From Heteronotia binoei (taxonomy: Eukaryota), in the NCBI RefSeq assembly GCF_032191835.1, contig NC_083223.1, forward strand, positions 34,534,001-34,598,000: DNA of 64,000 nt, given 5' to 3'. Of this stretch, positions 34,198 to 47,478 are shown piece by piece. The translations under genes were made by a program, and so were the position numbers. The first letter of the stretch is position 1, and every line of letters begins with the position of its first letter. The notes beneath the pieces are model-generated. The model saw only the letters and a list, made by a program, of their open reading frames with translations, made no database searches and was not told where the DNA came from.

Positions 34198-36900
34198 CTC
34201 ATGGGTCCCTGCCATTTTACAGGGTCTTGCAAAGGAAGGCATCATACACTGATCTTAAAGCCAAGACCTGCTGATATCAGAAAATCATGGATACTTACTG
34301 GAAATATTGCTTTACGCAAATTCAAATTGTTCTTCAGCTATATTCTAATCCCTTCTCTTTTTGCACTGTTGTGTATGTGTATAAACCAATAGTTCTTGGT
34401 TTCATGCTGTGAGGGTCAGTATGAAAAAATAATAACTTGTGTGAATTTTGTAGAGCTGAGTAGTTCTATTAATACAGTGCCATTGTTCAATTCACATTCC
34501 TGGGGTTTATGTCTCCCAAATACTCCCTCCAATAAATTACCACCCCTATATACCATTCAGACTCAATTTCATTCTTTCAAGGTTTCAGTAATAGCACCCC
34601 CCCGTCAATTGCTGAGCTGAAGTTTCCTTTGAATCTGAAATTGTATAATTGAACTATTGAACCAATTTCTACCTCTCAACTTCTGGTGGTTCAGAGTCCC
34701 AAAATCCAGCTTTGATGATGTCTGATTTGCAAGGATGCCCCTTCCTTCCTAATTTTTATCTACTGAACAGTGTTTATTTCTGGTAATTTCTTCCCCTCTC
34801 TCTTTGGGAACCACAAAGGAGCTGATTTCCTTTGAGGATGGCATTTCTCATTTATGGAGCTTCTTTCATTGCAGCTTTTCTAAAGATTTGATAGCCAGCA
34901 AACTTCATGTCATCTCCTTGATAACTACAGTTTACTGCTGAAGTGGCTGAGGGAGGAAGGTGCTCTAATTTCCCACTGTGTCTTTACAGCATCAAGCAAA
35001 GAGCTGGACTGAACTATTAATATAAATGATGGAATTTGCTGCCTTGCAGGTGAAGAAGTACATAAGGCTACCTGACATTAGCAATCACAGAACAAACAAG
35101 AAGTTTGTGTTGCAGTAGCTAAGATAGCATTTCTGTTCTTGGCAAGCAGTGCCGAGTGATTTAGCTCTGCCTACGGCTCTGTTCCCTTCACACTTTTCAT
35201 CATTTCACACTTGACAGCTGTGAGGGTAGGGTCAAGATTTTTTTTTTTAAGGTAGTTGTGTTAATCCATTAGGACAGAATTCTTAAGAAAAGTTAAATAA
35301 TATGATGGTAAGCATCTTACTGGGATACAGAAACAACATCTCAACATTTAGTACTTCTCTAACCAAAGACTCCAAAGGACCCGTGAGGGTACTCCACAAG
35401 GGTGCTCTAAGGGGACCTGAGAGTCGTTTGTAAAGACAGAAAGATGAGCCCTTCTAGTCCTGTACGGCTGCTATGAAAATTGAACCCTTTCAGTTGTCTG
35501 GGAATGGAGGCAGGGGCTCTCCGTTTCAGTGGTAAGGGATCAAACTGAACCCAGTTGTCCCAAGACCTAATCCAATACTCTAACTACCATGTAACACTAG
35601 CTCTCAATGGAAAGAAAAGGCTGAGAAATGTTTCATCTTCCTGATTTTGATTTTGGAGTCAGGTTGCTATTTCAGGCACAGGAGGAAGGTTGGAAGAACA
35701 GTTGGCAAATCACCTTCCATTTTAATACATGCTTCCTGTAAATGACCAAAAAACAACTGATACATTCTAGAGCACTGATAATTCCAGAGGTTTTAGTAGT
35801 AGACTTAAACTGGAATTCAGTGGCAGAATGTCTTCTGGGCTAACAGAATGTCTCCCACCATAAACTTTCACAAGTAAGACCTCATATCAAAAGTTGCAGG
35901 GAAGTCATTCTAATCTGCTGCTAGCAACTTGTGCATGGTTTCTGGGGGCATAGACATTCAAATGTGTGTTACTTTGGCATTCAGAATCACTGTTGGCATC
36001 ATGGAGATGCTCTGGAAACTGTTATTTTAGTGGTCTATATTTTATGGTGGGGTGGGCTAATGCTAGATTTTAATATTTTTATTTAATTTTTTTATTATTT
36101 TGTAAGCTGCATTGGGCAGGTTCCTGGAGAGGCAGTATAAAAATCAAATAAATAAATAGGATCTTACCAAAAGCCTCACCCTGATGTGATGATGTCATTT
36201 CCGGTTTCCCACAGGAAGTAAAGTTGCCTGTCAAAGTGACACATATGCTTTTCCTCCTCCCCTCATACCAGGGCTGCCATCAGGAGGTTTCTCATTGAAG
36301 TGGGAGATCTGGAAGCCAAAGATGCACCCAAAACAATAGAGACTTTTATAGTACCTTAAAGATTAACATATTCAATGTGTTTATGCGTTTATGAGGCAGA
36401 ACCCACTTTGTGAAAATTAAAAAGTCTCACTAAAATCTAATTTTTTCAAGGGTACGCCCAGGATATAAGTTTCTACATGCCTTTGAGTTCAGAATATCAT
36501 GATTAGGTAGTTCTTTTCTTCAGTGTTCCCCTCTTTTTATAGGGACAGAGTACCTTACAGCTCGTCCTTCTGCTTCCAAAATGCCATGCCAGAGGTTTAG
36601 AGAAAGAACCATTGTTTTCAAATAATGGACTCTGGAGTGCTCTTGGGAATATAGGCCTTTCCTGAACCACCTCAGGCAGTAGAATATAAAGATATTATTG
36701 ATTTAATAATGAACATGCCAAGAAAGCTTTCTATCAACCTTTCCTGGCTTTGTCTTGAGCTCCTTGAGGCTATTGCTGTGTGCAAGTTTCAGACACAGTA
36801 TATTTTTCTAATCCCAAACCAGGACAGAAAGGGACATCCCATCTCCTTAGCACATAAATTCTTTGAAGCAAGGATTGCAGAGTAGTCTTTGTAGCATTAA

Positions 36901-37447
36901 CACGGCCAGCCCTTCCACTAGGCAAACTAGGCAGGTGCCTAGGGCGACGGCACGGTGGGGGCACCAAATTTAGCCCTCCCTCCTCCCCATGCCATAGACA
37001 AAATGCTAGTTTGCCTCTTCCTTTGCCCATCTGCTTGTTCCCTTCCTCCTTGCTTGCCTATTCTCATCCTCCACTCGCCTACACTGCCTCCTCCCCACTG
37101 ATTCCCTTTGTCCTCTCACGCATCCCTTCTTGTCCTCCGCTTACCCGCCCTGCCTCCTTCCTGCCGATTCCCTTTGTCCTCCCACCTGCCCCACCTCATC
37201 CCCATCCCTTCTCATCTTCTGCTTGCCTGCCCCGCCTCCTCCCCGTCGATTCCCTTCATCCTCCTGCCCATCCCACCTCCTCCCCATCCTCCGCTCACCC
37301 GTCCTGCCTCTTCCTTGCTGATTTGTGGGTCTACTCATGAGTAGGTGGCTGCTGCAGGCCTACTCACAAGTAAGTGGCAAGCCAGGGACTCAGTTGCGGA
37401 GCAGAGTTGTGCTGCCTTGGGTGCCAGAAGGGCTGGGGCTGGCCCTG
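36901..37447 (+). mobile_element. hAT (CAGGGCC-type) MITE containing a pyrimidine-rich repeat array
   Basis: Ends CACGGCCAGCCC / GGGCTGGCCCTG. TSD AGCATTAA / AGCTTCAA (6 of 8 match). Confidence 0.7.
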
Positions 37448-38399
37448 AGCTTCAAGGAGTTACTAATAGAATGACAGGTGTTGGTGATTTACAAATAGTT
37501 CCATGTGGTTGTATATGCAAAGAAGGGACAGAATGGGTGAATGGTAGCACACATTGAGCCGTACATGCAGCGATTTTTGTGGTCAGTGAAATGGATCCTG
37601 TAAAGTGTAGGAGAACATTAATTTGGCATGTTAAACTGGATCTAAATGATGCATCATGAGCCTAATTTGCTGACTGAAAATGAATTTGGGAACTGGATTA
37701 TGATGCCAAGAGATGGAAGTGGTCCTGGTGGCTTGTCTGGTCCCCAGTTTCATTGTCAACTGATTTCTAGAACTCATCTCAGTGAGAACAGAATCCAGCT
37801 GGACTGTTTTGGTAGAAAGTTCCTCAGCAACTTCATGACTATTAAAATAGCCCACATTTGTTTCAGGGAATAGCACTTGACATCTAACTCTGTCACCTTT
37901 TTGGCATTTTTAACTATTGAAGGGCAAAGGGGCAAGTTAACTAACTGTTCTGGGAATATCCCTTGCAAGCCATTGTGTCCATATTCCTGTTCGCATATGA
38001 ATATAAATGCTTCTGCAAATCTGGGTCAGTGATGTCTGAAGTGCTTTACACTTGAATCTTTAATTGACTAAACTTTAAACAAGCCCTTCTGTGAACCCAA
38101 GTAGGCTGCATTGACAGTAATTTCATTTGAAGAAAATGTCACCTCTCCTGTTTTTGAGAGGAAAGCCATAACAAAGCTTGAACTTTAACTGTACCTTATT
38201 TTTCTACAGCTGCAAATTCCTATTTGTTTTCTGATTGTCAAAACTCCAAAGTTTGGACCTGCTTAAATATGCAATTCCTCTGTCTCAGTCTTGCTTACAA
38301 ATGCACTCACACTTTCTTGACTTTGTTCAATGTATGTTACAGAAAACATTTTGTGATGGTGACACCAATGGTGCCATCCTAAGTAGAGTAACCCCTTCT

Positions 38400-38678
38400 G
38401 CCAGTGTGGTGTAGTGGTTAAGTGTGCGGACTCTTATCTGGGAGAACCGGGTTTGATTCCCCACTCCTCCACTTGCACCTGCTGGAATGGCCTTGGGTCA
38501 GCCATAGCTCTGGCAGAGGTTGTCCTTGAAAGGGCAGCTGCTGTGAGAGCCCTCTCCAGCCCCACCTACCTCACAGGGTGTCTGTTGTGGGGGAGGAAGG
38601 TAAAGGAGATTGTGAGCCGCTCTGAGACTCTTCGGAGTGGAGGGCAGGATATAAATCCAATATCATCCAATATCATCA
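38400..38678 (+). mobile_element. tRNA-derived SINE (Squam3-like) inserted into a small palindromic MITE
   Basis: Head GCCAGTGTGGTGTAGTGGTTAAG...GGGTTTGATTCCCC. Short TSD TTCTG. The host arms GTGCCATCCTAAGTAGAGT and ACTCTGTTTAGGATTGCAC flank it. Confidence 0.88.
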
Positions 38679-38799
38679 TTCTGTGTCCACTGAAGTCAGT
38701 AGACTTAAAAGGGTGCAACTCTGTTTAGGATTGCACGGTAGCAATGTAATGCTAATAACATTTTCCTGGGAGTAATCCCCACTGCATGGGCCTCAGTAG

Positions 38800-39077
38800 T
38801 AGAAGAAGAAGAAGATATTGGATTTATATCCCGCCCTCCACTCCGAAGAGTCTCAGAGCGGCTCACAATCTCCTTTATCTCCCTCCCCCACAACAGACAC
38901 CCTGTGAGGTGGGTGGGGCTGGAGAGGGCTCTCACAGCAGCTGCCCCTTCAAGGACAGCCTCTGCCAGAGCTATGGCTTACCAAAGGCCATGCTAGCAGG
39001 TGCAAGTGGAGGAGTGGGGAATCAAACCCGGTTCTCCCAGATAAGAGTCCGCACACTTAACCACTACACCAAACTGG
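38800..39077 (-). mobile_element. tRNA-derived SINE (Squam3-like), reverse orientation
   Basis: Reverse complement of the SINE at 38400, with a (TTC)n tail. TSD CAGTAG. Confidence 0.88.
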
Positions 39078-39299
39078 CAGTAGAGTAGACCTGCTTAGGA
39101 GCGCTTTTGAAATTCAGAATTTACTCCAATTTTATTCAACAGGGCTTACCCCTAGGAAAGTGTTTTTAGGATTGTAATCCAGCATCCCAGTTAAGAGGTT
39201 TCTCAGAGCTTAAACAGAGGAGACAACAATCACACTTCTTGGTCTAATAAAATGCAAATTCTTTATTGTCTTGCCAACAGAACCTGTTCTCCCCTAAAC

Positions 39300-39830
39300 T
39301 TAGGGATTGTTCCAAACGTAAATATTTTAGCTGTGTACCTCTATCAACTTCTAGCTCCAAATTTGCACAGAGCAAATTTTCCTTGGCCAGATTCAATGCC
39401 TTTTCATCAGCCATTTTATTTGGCATATTCCAAGGGACTCCCTATTCAAGTAGGTGCTGTCCCTGTAAAATGGATTGTGTTGAGATTGTTGCCCGTGTTC
39501 TTCTCCAGTGTCCTCTTTATTTGGCGTCTCACCGGGATCTTTTATACCCCATATTGGCCCAAATTTTAGAGACCTCTGATGATTTTAAGGTGCTTTTTTT
39601 GCTTGATAATTCTGATTTGGAAATAACTGAATTAGTAGCAAAGTTTCTTTATAGCGCCATGGTCACTTGTCCTGATAAGTAGTACTATGTATCAGGTTTT
39701 ACTATGTTGCTACTTTGTTTTTATTTTGTAATCCTAATTTTATTCTGTATGGATTTTGTACTCTCCTAATCTGTAACCTGGCCGACCCTCTATTTTATAT
39801 TTTTATATATGCCAATAAAGGCTTGTTTTG
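39300..39830 (+). mobile_element. LINE ORF2 C-terminal relic with Cys/His motif and 3' UTR (CR1/L2-Crack-like group)
   Basis: YLYQL...FSLARFNA...CPCKMDCVEIVARVLLQCPLY...ITELVAKFL. AATAAA at about 39814. Confidence 0.65.
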
Positions 39831-40425
39831 TGTGTGGGAATAAAATGCAAATTATAGACATGTGCAGCCTCAATTTGCTTTGGGTACATGCAGGGGAGGT
39901 TTTTTTTTTTAACCCTCTGTTTTTGCTACTTGAAACTGGTTCACCTGCTCTGCTATTAGCACCCTGAAGGAGAAACAGCCCTTTCCCCCATTGGTAAAAT
40001 CCTATTCCTTGTAAGGCCCTGAGGCAAAATGAGGCTGCACAAGCCCACAATTCATACTTTATGAACAGACCAGAAACATGATCGTCGTCTTATCTATTTG
40101 AGCCCTTCATGACTCCAAAGAATGGACGTGGAAGTTTTGGAAGTAGCAGAATGGATATATTTATATTTTAAAAGATCATCTGCATCCTTTCCACAGTGAG
40201 TCTTGCCAATAAATGTGGCAAGGGTATTCAGTTCCTTCACTGGAAAGGAATACATGTTTGAAGAGAGGCAATCCACGAGACCCATTTTCTTCTCAAGCAA
40301 GCATATGCAAATCTTTAGACATTCAACTGATCAGTGAGGTGTCTTGCTTTCCTAGCTAGCTATGCATAGCTACATATGTAATAGCTTTATCAATACCTTG
40401 TGAAATCAAATAATTAGTGGGTAAC

Positions 40426-40617
40426 CGGGTGGTCTCCGATCCAAGTACTAACCAAACCTGCTTAACTTCTGGGATCTGACAAGATCAGGTAAGCTGTTGT
40501 CTGCTTCTGCATAGTGACCCTGGATTTCCTTGGTGGCCTCCCATCTAAGTACTAACCAGAGCCAACCCTGCTTAGCTTCCAAGATTTGACAATATTGGGC
40601 TAGCCCAAGCTATCCAG
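40426..40617 (-). mobile_element. Two tandem 5S-rRNA-derived SINE fragments
   Basis: The reverse strand reads GGAAGCTAAGCAGGGTTGGCTCTGGTTAGTACTTAGATGGGAGG (5S internal promoter region) followed by a non-5S tail. A second partial copy is at 40426-40490. Confidence 0.8.
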
Positions 40618-42002
40618 ATAGAAATGATTCTGAAGAATAATGGCATGGGGAGGTGGAATGAAACTGTTCCATTCTATTCCTAAAGGTAACCTATGCAAGT
40701 GCATATATGATGATGGTGGGGAGCTATTCAGAGAATTTATTCAGTTGCTGCCCATAATATTTGTAGAACCACACCTGATATGGGAACTGCAAAAGTCTGT
40801 ATGAAAGAAGGGCTTTGTTTTCCACATATCAAAATATTTTGGCTTCAGTGCTGGCTTGAGAAAAGATGTATTGGTCTTGAGCACACAGTCACTGTTAGTA
40901 AGAATTGTACATTTATTACACAAAAAGTAAAGTTATTTATTATTGCATTTGTTTCACCTTTTTACTCTGCAATTCAAGGTGTGCATAACTGGTCTCCTGT
41001 CCAAATACTAACAAGTCCTATATCTATTTAGCTTCTGCAAAGTTTGCCTTCAGACCATATCCTGGACGTAAACATACAGTAAAGGCTTCACTTTGCTCCA
41101 CCATTCTGCTAAATGTTCTTTTCTTCCTGGGTGATTACCAGCAGAGGGTTTGGAACTGTTGAGACATTCATCTTTCCTTTGAGCAAGTAGTGTCTGTGAT
41201 TATTATATCAGTGTTCTGCAAAATGTGGTTGGTCTAGGGTTGCCACACACCCCCAGTAGAGGCAGAGGTCCCCTGCTGCCAGGCTCTGCCCCAAAGCCAC
41301 CTCTAAAGTAGTGGGTTTGGATGCTAAAGTGATTTCAGCATAGGTCTTTATTAGCGAAAACATGACTGAAAAACACAAGTGGCAAGACACAACTATATAC
41401 GCATAACCCACCACCAAAACACACCCCCAGAATGCAAACCCACCAATAAGAAACACCAGGCATTGTGGAAACCCCATTTGCTACAGCGTTAGTCCATACA
41501 GGTTACCTGACTGGCTGGCTCTACAAGAGTGGCCAATCTGAGCGCAGCTGCAAGGAGTCTCTCAAACAAAGGGTCTTTGCTTGAAGCTCTTAATACAGTA
41601 CACCACCAGTCAGCTGGCTGGTGGTGGTGGGGGACTTACCTGTAGAAAAAGGCCTATGACACATTGCCAGCATTGCATAGGAAATGACATCATCACACCA
41701 GTGACATCCAGGTAACGCTGTGGTATTTGGGCAAAAACTCTATGGTAGAAGCCAGTTTTACCATAGAATTTTCACCCAAATACCAGAGAATCACCTGGAA
41801 GCTGCTGTCATGATGACCACACTTCCTGTGTGATGCTGGTGACATGGCCTAGGCCTTCTTCTTTCTACCCCCCATCCACCACTGGTTGGTTTTCATTTGT
41901 TTCAGCCCCATGAGGAACCTATTAACAACAATTTTCATGGGGCAGAAATTTGACTAAACTGTGTACATCTGAGGTGCAAATTCTTCTTGATAGCCATAAC
42001 AG

Positions 42003-42131
42003 CAGGACTTTCTTTGTAGAAAAAGCCCAGCAGAAACTCATTTGCATCTTAGGCCACACTCCCTGACCTCACCTTGATTTCACACAGGACTTTCTTTGTT
42101 CCTGCGTGTTCCTGCTCAAAAAAAGGCCCTG
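42003..42131 (+). mobile_element. hAT MITE (CAGGGCTTTTT family), 129 bp
   Basis: Ends CAGGACTTTCTTTG / AAAAAAGGCCCTG with a perfect TSD CATAACAG. Confidence 0.85.
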
Positions 42132-44077
42132 CATAACAGCATATATAATAACATGTATATTGTAAGTTCTGTATGGAGTCTTCAGGTGGGGAGGCTGTAA
42201 TGTTTTGAATTGGCCCTTAATGTACCTGTCCATCAGTGCTTTTTATGAGTGATTTGATTTAGCACATCCATTACAAATTTTGAAAGAACACTCTAGGCAA
42301 GGACTTGTTTATGTTGCTCACGTCATTCCTAGTTCGGTGTTTATTAAACCTGGATGTCCTGTCAGTGTATATTACTTTGGCATAATATAGATCTGTATCT
42401 ACTGTGCTTTTTTTATTTCTTGAACCGTCCGGCAAACATAAAAGCTCTCCAAGTTTTATCAGTTGCTTGAGATAGTTCTGTGCTTTTCTTCACTAAATCT
42501 GGCACATAATAATGTGGCAGTTCTTCAAATTTACATGCTGGACAGGCAGATAGAGAGACTCTTTATCTACTCCCTCAGTTAAATTACTTTGGCCTTTTTA
42601 AAAAAAGATTACACTAGGTGCTAAATACTGACTGCTTGAAAGATAAGATTCTGCCAAAGAGGCTTTTGAAAAGCAAACAATTAATATGCATAGAATTTTG
42701 AAACCTTCCTAATTGTAGCACAACCATGCCATCTGATTTTGGGGGAAATGCTCTGTGGAGTGCACAATCATGTCTATAAACTAATGTTGGAATTTATTTA
42801 TTTATTATTTATTTACAAAATGTATATCCTGCCTTACTGCCCTCACAAGGGCCACCAAGGCAGCTAACAAATCTGCCTTGAGAGAAAATGCATAAGAGAA
42901 ATCACATTTTAAAACCATTAGAATCACTCCAACACACACACTTTATTAAAACAATTCAAACCAGAGTTAAAATACATAGAAATACAAATTCAGTCTGAAG
43001 CAATGTTCTAACTGAATGTTGTCAAAAGCAGAATTAAAGTTGAATACTGCAATCTAGCATGCTTTGATGAATCTATCTCTGGAGAAGATCTGGAGTGTTT
43101 ATACTTCACATTCTTGTATTATGTGTATCCTTGTGATATTTCAGACTGCTCTCCTTAATAATGAAACTCCCATCATAATGAGGGTTAGGGCTGGTAAGCC
43201 CCTAGTGGGGATGGGAGAAAATTGAAAAACTCAGCAGTGCCATGTGTTATGCTATGTCACTTCCTGTACTATCCTAGAAGTGACATTGGGAATCTCTAGG
43301 AATCTGTTTCTGGCAATTCCTACAGCTACCCTATGTCGCATACAGGTTTTTATCAGAAATTATGTAGCCTCTCTCCATGTATCTGCCCACTACCTTCTCA
43401 CTTGGCAACCCTAAAAGGCTGAAGAACTGGCTGGATGAAAAGGAGGCATCACTGTGCTGCTTCTCAGCCCTGCCATGCCCAAACCGCCAGCGCTAAGTTG
43501 GGTCCCATTGTGCTCCTCCTCACCAGCTCCACTATGAGGGAGTGGAGGCCAAGACAGGCCTGCTGCAGTGCAATGGGCCTCTGGGATTTCTTAAAGTAAA
43601 TGGCTACACCCCTGATTATGATCTGAAGCTTTGAAAAGGCTCTGGCCAACAGACATTCATGTGGTGATCATCTGTGATTCACCCAAATCCTACTCAGGGA
43701 ATAGTCCCACTCAATCTAGGCACTTACTGTCTTATTAATTTCAATGAATGAGTGGTAAACGTATCCTTAATTCTGACATTGAGATCAATGGGACCTGAAA
43801 GTGAATTATGCTCTGAACTGGAAACCAGGCCTTGGAGTACATTTTTTTAAAAAGTATATTTACCCCACACACTTCCTCCAAGGAACTCAGGGCATTGTAC
43901 ATGGATCTCTTTTCCTTCATTTATTATTGCAACAGCCCCATGAAGTATATTTTGACTAGCCTAAAGTTACCCAATGAGTTTTGTGGCAGAGTGAGGATCT
44001 GAACCTGGAGCTTGTGGGTCCTAGTCTAACATCTGAACTACCATGCAACACTAGCATAGCGTCCTTTCGGCTTTGGC

Positions 44078-44365
44078 CCAGCCGCTTCACTCTTTCTGTG
44101 GTTACTTGAATGCTCTTCTCCAGTAGCATATTGGGTACCTTCTGACCTGAGGGGCTCATCTTCCAGCGCCATATCTTTTAGCCTTTTGTTTCTATTCATG
44201 GGGTTTTCTTGGCAAGGATACTGGAGTGGTTTGCCATTTCCTTCTCCAGTGGATCACTTTTAGTCTGGGTTCTCAGCTGTGGCCTGTCCATCTTGGGTGG
44301 CCCTGCATGGCATAGCCCACAGCCTCACTGAAATGCGCAAGCCTTCTTGCCACGACAAGGCAGCA
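44078..44365 (-). mobile_element. RTE-BovB LINE 5' fragment
   Basis: The reverse strand has GGAAATGGCAAACCACTCCAGTATCCTTGCCAAGAAAACCCCATG and ATGCTACTGGAGAAGAG...AGAAAGAGTGAAG, both characteristic BovB segments. Confidence 0.75.
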
Positions 44366-44648
44366 TGTTTATTTCTTTTGGGACTATACACTACAATTTA
44401 CCTTCCATCATGTTTTTCAAAGATTACACATTAAAACGGCACATTAAAATTCACAGCCCTGTGGAACCTATTGCAAACATTATATTCCTGATAAGAATTT
44501 GTTCTATCATGCAGTTGGATATGCTTTGTGCTGTGAAAACCCAGGGCCTGCTGGCCTTCCTTCCTCCCTCCACTGTTGGACATATGGATCTTGATAAGGA
44601 GCTCAGTGGTTTCTAAGGTTGCCAAGTCCAATTCAAGAAATATCAGGG

Positions 44649-47281
44649 CCTGGCAATTAAAAAAAAAGAAAGAAAATAAGACTATAAATAAAATCATGGC
44701 AAATGGGAAAACAATAGTGGATCAAGAAGGAATTAAAAGAGAATTCTTTAAATACTATGCAAATTTATTCAAGGGTGTGAACATAAGTAAAGAAAAAGTG
44801 GAAGAGTATCTACGAAATATTCAGGTGGCACCTTTGACGGAATATATGAAAAAGACATTAAATGATCCAATAGAGAAAATTGAAGTAGAAGCAGCAATAA
44901 AAGCAATGCAAGAGGGTAAAGCTCCAGGACCAGATGGATTTACATCAAAATTTTACAAATCTCTTAAGGATGAATTAACACCCAAACTGTTGAAGTTGTT
45001 AAATACGATAAGAGAAGAAGGGAAAATCCCAAAGACCTGGAGGGAAGCTGTAATATCTTTGATTCCTAAGGAAGATAAAGATAGCACAAATGTAAAAAAT
45101 TATAGACCAATCTCATTGCTGAATAATGACTATAAGATCTATACAAGAATTTTAGCAGAGCGATTGAAACAATACTTGATCAACTTTATAAACAAAGACC
45201 AAGCGGGATTTCTTCCTAAAAGACAAATAAGGGACAATGTAAGAGCTGTTGTTAATGTCGTGGAATATTATGAGAAGCACCCAGAAAAAGAAGTGGCCTT
45301 ATTTTTTGTTGACGCAGAGAAAGCCTTTGACAACTTAAATTGGGACTTTATATTTGCGGTAATGGAAAAAATTAATTTAGGGGAACAATTTATAAAAATG
45401 ACAAGAGCAATATATACAGATCAGCATGCAAAACTGTGTATAAATGCAGACCTTACCAAAGAATTAAAAGTGAGTAAAGGAACAAGGCAAGGATGCCCGC
45501 TATCACCATTGTTGTTTATAATGACTCTTGAAATTCTGTTACAAAAAATTCAAAAAGATGAAGAAATAGAAGGTCTAAAAATCAGAAGATTCTCTTATAA
45601 ATACAAAGCTTTTGCAGATGATATAGTGTTCATAATGGAGAATCCGGTTCAAGTGTCACCATTGCTGTTCGCTAAGATAAAAGAGTACGGAGAACTAGCA
45701 GGATTATACATAAATAAGGAGAAATCGAAATTCCTCTGTAAAAACATGCAACCAAATAAAATAAAAGAACTACAACAGGTGACGGGTTGTGAAGTCACAA
45801 CCAAAGTTAGGTACCTTGGAATAGAGATAACAATGAAGAACATTGATTTATTCAAAAACAATTATGAAAAACTGTGGTGTAGGATGGACAAAGATTTGAT
45901 GAAATGGAATAAGCTCAACTTGTCTTTACTGGGCAGGATAGCTGCAATCAAAATGAATATTTTGCCAAGGATAATGTATTTGTTTCAAACTATCCCGATT
46001 GTAAAAGATGCAAAACAATTTAACAAATGGCAAAGGAAAATTTCTGATTTCATTTGGGCCGGAAAGAAACCAAGGATAAAGATGAAGATCTTAACGGATG
46101 CCAAAGAGAGAGGAAGTTTCCAACTTCCCGATCTAAGATTGTATCACGATGCAGTTTGTTTGACATGGATAAAGGATTGGATAATGCTGTTAGACAAAAA
46201 ACCTTTATGGTTAGAAGCTCACGGAAATAGATTCGGCTGGCACGCGTACATGTACTATGGGAAGAATAAAATGGACGGTTTTTTCTCTCACCATTATGTC
46301 AGAAATACTTTACTAAGTACTTGGATAAAATACAAGAAATACGGGGACGAGAGAAAACCGCTATGGATAGTGCCAGCAGAAGTAATAAAAATAACAGCTG
46401 AATCTGAAGAAAAAAGAGAAATGTCATATAATCAACTGCTTAAGATTCAAGGAGACAAAATTGAATTAAAAACCTCAGAAGAGTTAAATAACAATTATGA
46501 TTGGTTTCAAATGCAACAAATTAAAAGTTTGATGGAAAATGATATAAAATCAGAGGGAATTAGACGAGAACAAACAGAACTGGAAAGGGTCCTGCTAGGT
46601 GACAATGAAAAATTGATATCAAAAGTATATAAGTTATTATTGAAATGGTCTACAGAAGAAGAAGTAGTAAAGTCTCAAATGGTCAAATGGGCAATCAATG
46701 TGAACAGAGAAATACAAATGAAAGCTTGGGAGCACCTTTGGAAGAACTCAATGAAGATATCAACTTGTCAAAGTATCAAAGAGAACTGTTTTAAGATGAT
46801 ATATAGGTGGTATATGACTCCGAAAAAATTGGCTAAGATAAGTAAGAAAATGTTGGATAGATGTTGGAAATGTAAAAAACATGAAGGTTCTTTCTTCCAT
46901 ATGTGGTGGACATGTGAAAAAGCGAAAGAATTCTGGAAGATGATACAACAAGAAATCTCCAAAATTTTGGGCTATGATTTTAAGAAAATTGCAGAGACGT
47001 TTTTACTTGGATTACAATTAGAAAAATTTCCAAAAGAAGATAGGACTCTAATTTGGTACCTGTTATCAGCTGCCAGGACTTTATACGCGCAGCTTTGGAA
47101 GCAAGAAAAAATACCAGAGAAATGGGAATGGACCATGAAAGTTTTATCGTGGTGTGAAATGGACAAATTAACCAGAACACTAAGAGACTATGATTTAGAG
47201 ATATTCAAAAGGGAGTGGAGAAAATTTAAAGGATATATGGAGAAAACTTGGAAAGTAAAGAAACATTGGACAATTTTTTAG
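44649..47281 (+). CDS. L1 ORF2 lacking the endonuclease: Z region, RT and C-terminal Cys domain, uninterrupted
   Basis: KAPGPDGF, NYRPISLLNNDYKI, DAEKAFD, GTRQGCPLSP, FADD, YLGI, CWKC..SFFHMWWTC. No stops in about 877 codons. The first 24 codons of the listed 901-aa ORF come from flanking sequence. Confidence 0.92.
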
Positions 47282-47478
47282 TTGTAAGAATATATACATT
47301 GAACTTTGAGCAGTTAGAAGTGCCTTTAGTATTGGTTTGAACTTATAACCTCGGGGAAGTCAACATTGGAGGGAGGGGGGATGGAAATGTCATATGGGTC
47401 AATGTGAAAAAAAAAATAAGAAATAGTTAAGTTTTGTAACCATATGCTACCAATAAATTGTTTAAACACACACACAAA
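44649..47478 (+). mobile_element. L1 LINE (non-mammalian type), 5'-truncated and young
   Basis: 11-bp TSD AAATATCAGGG (44638-44648 and 47479-47489). AATAAA at about 47452 followed by a short CA/A tail. Confidence 0.95.

Noticed and set aside
38400-38470. tRNA genes at SINE heads (also about 9730, 16548 and 21704)
   Set aside because: They run directly into SINE bodies and tails and do not form a complete cloverleaf.
39266-39682. 138-aa ORF as a host gene
   Set aside because: It matches a LINE ORF2 C-terminal Cys/His motif followed by a 3' UTR.
40501-40617. Functional 5S rRNA gene
   Set aside because: Both ends diverge from 5S, there is a non-5S tail and no T-run terminator at the expected position.
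44576-44648. N-terminus of the 901-aa ORF as genuine L1 sequence
   Set aside because: It lies outside the TSD and derives from flanking and MITE DNA that happens to be in frame.
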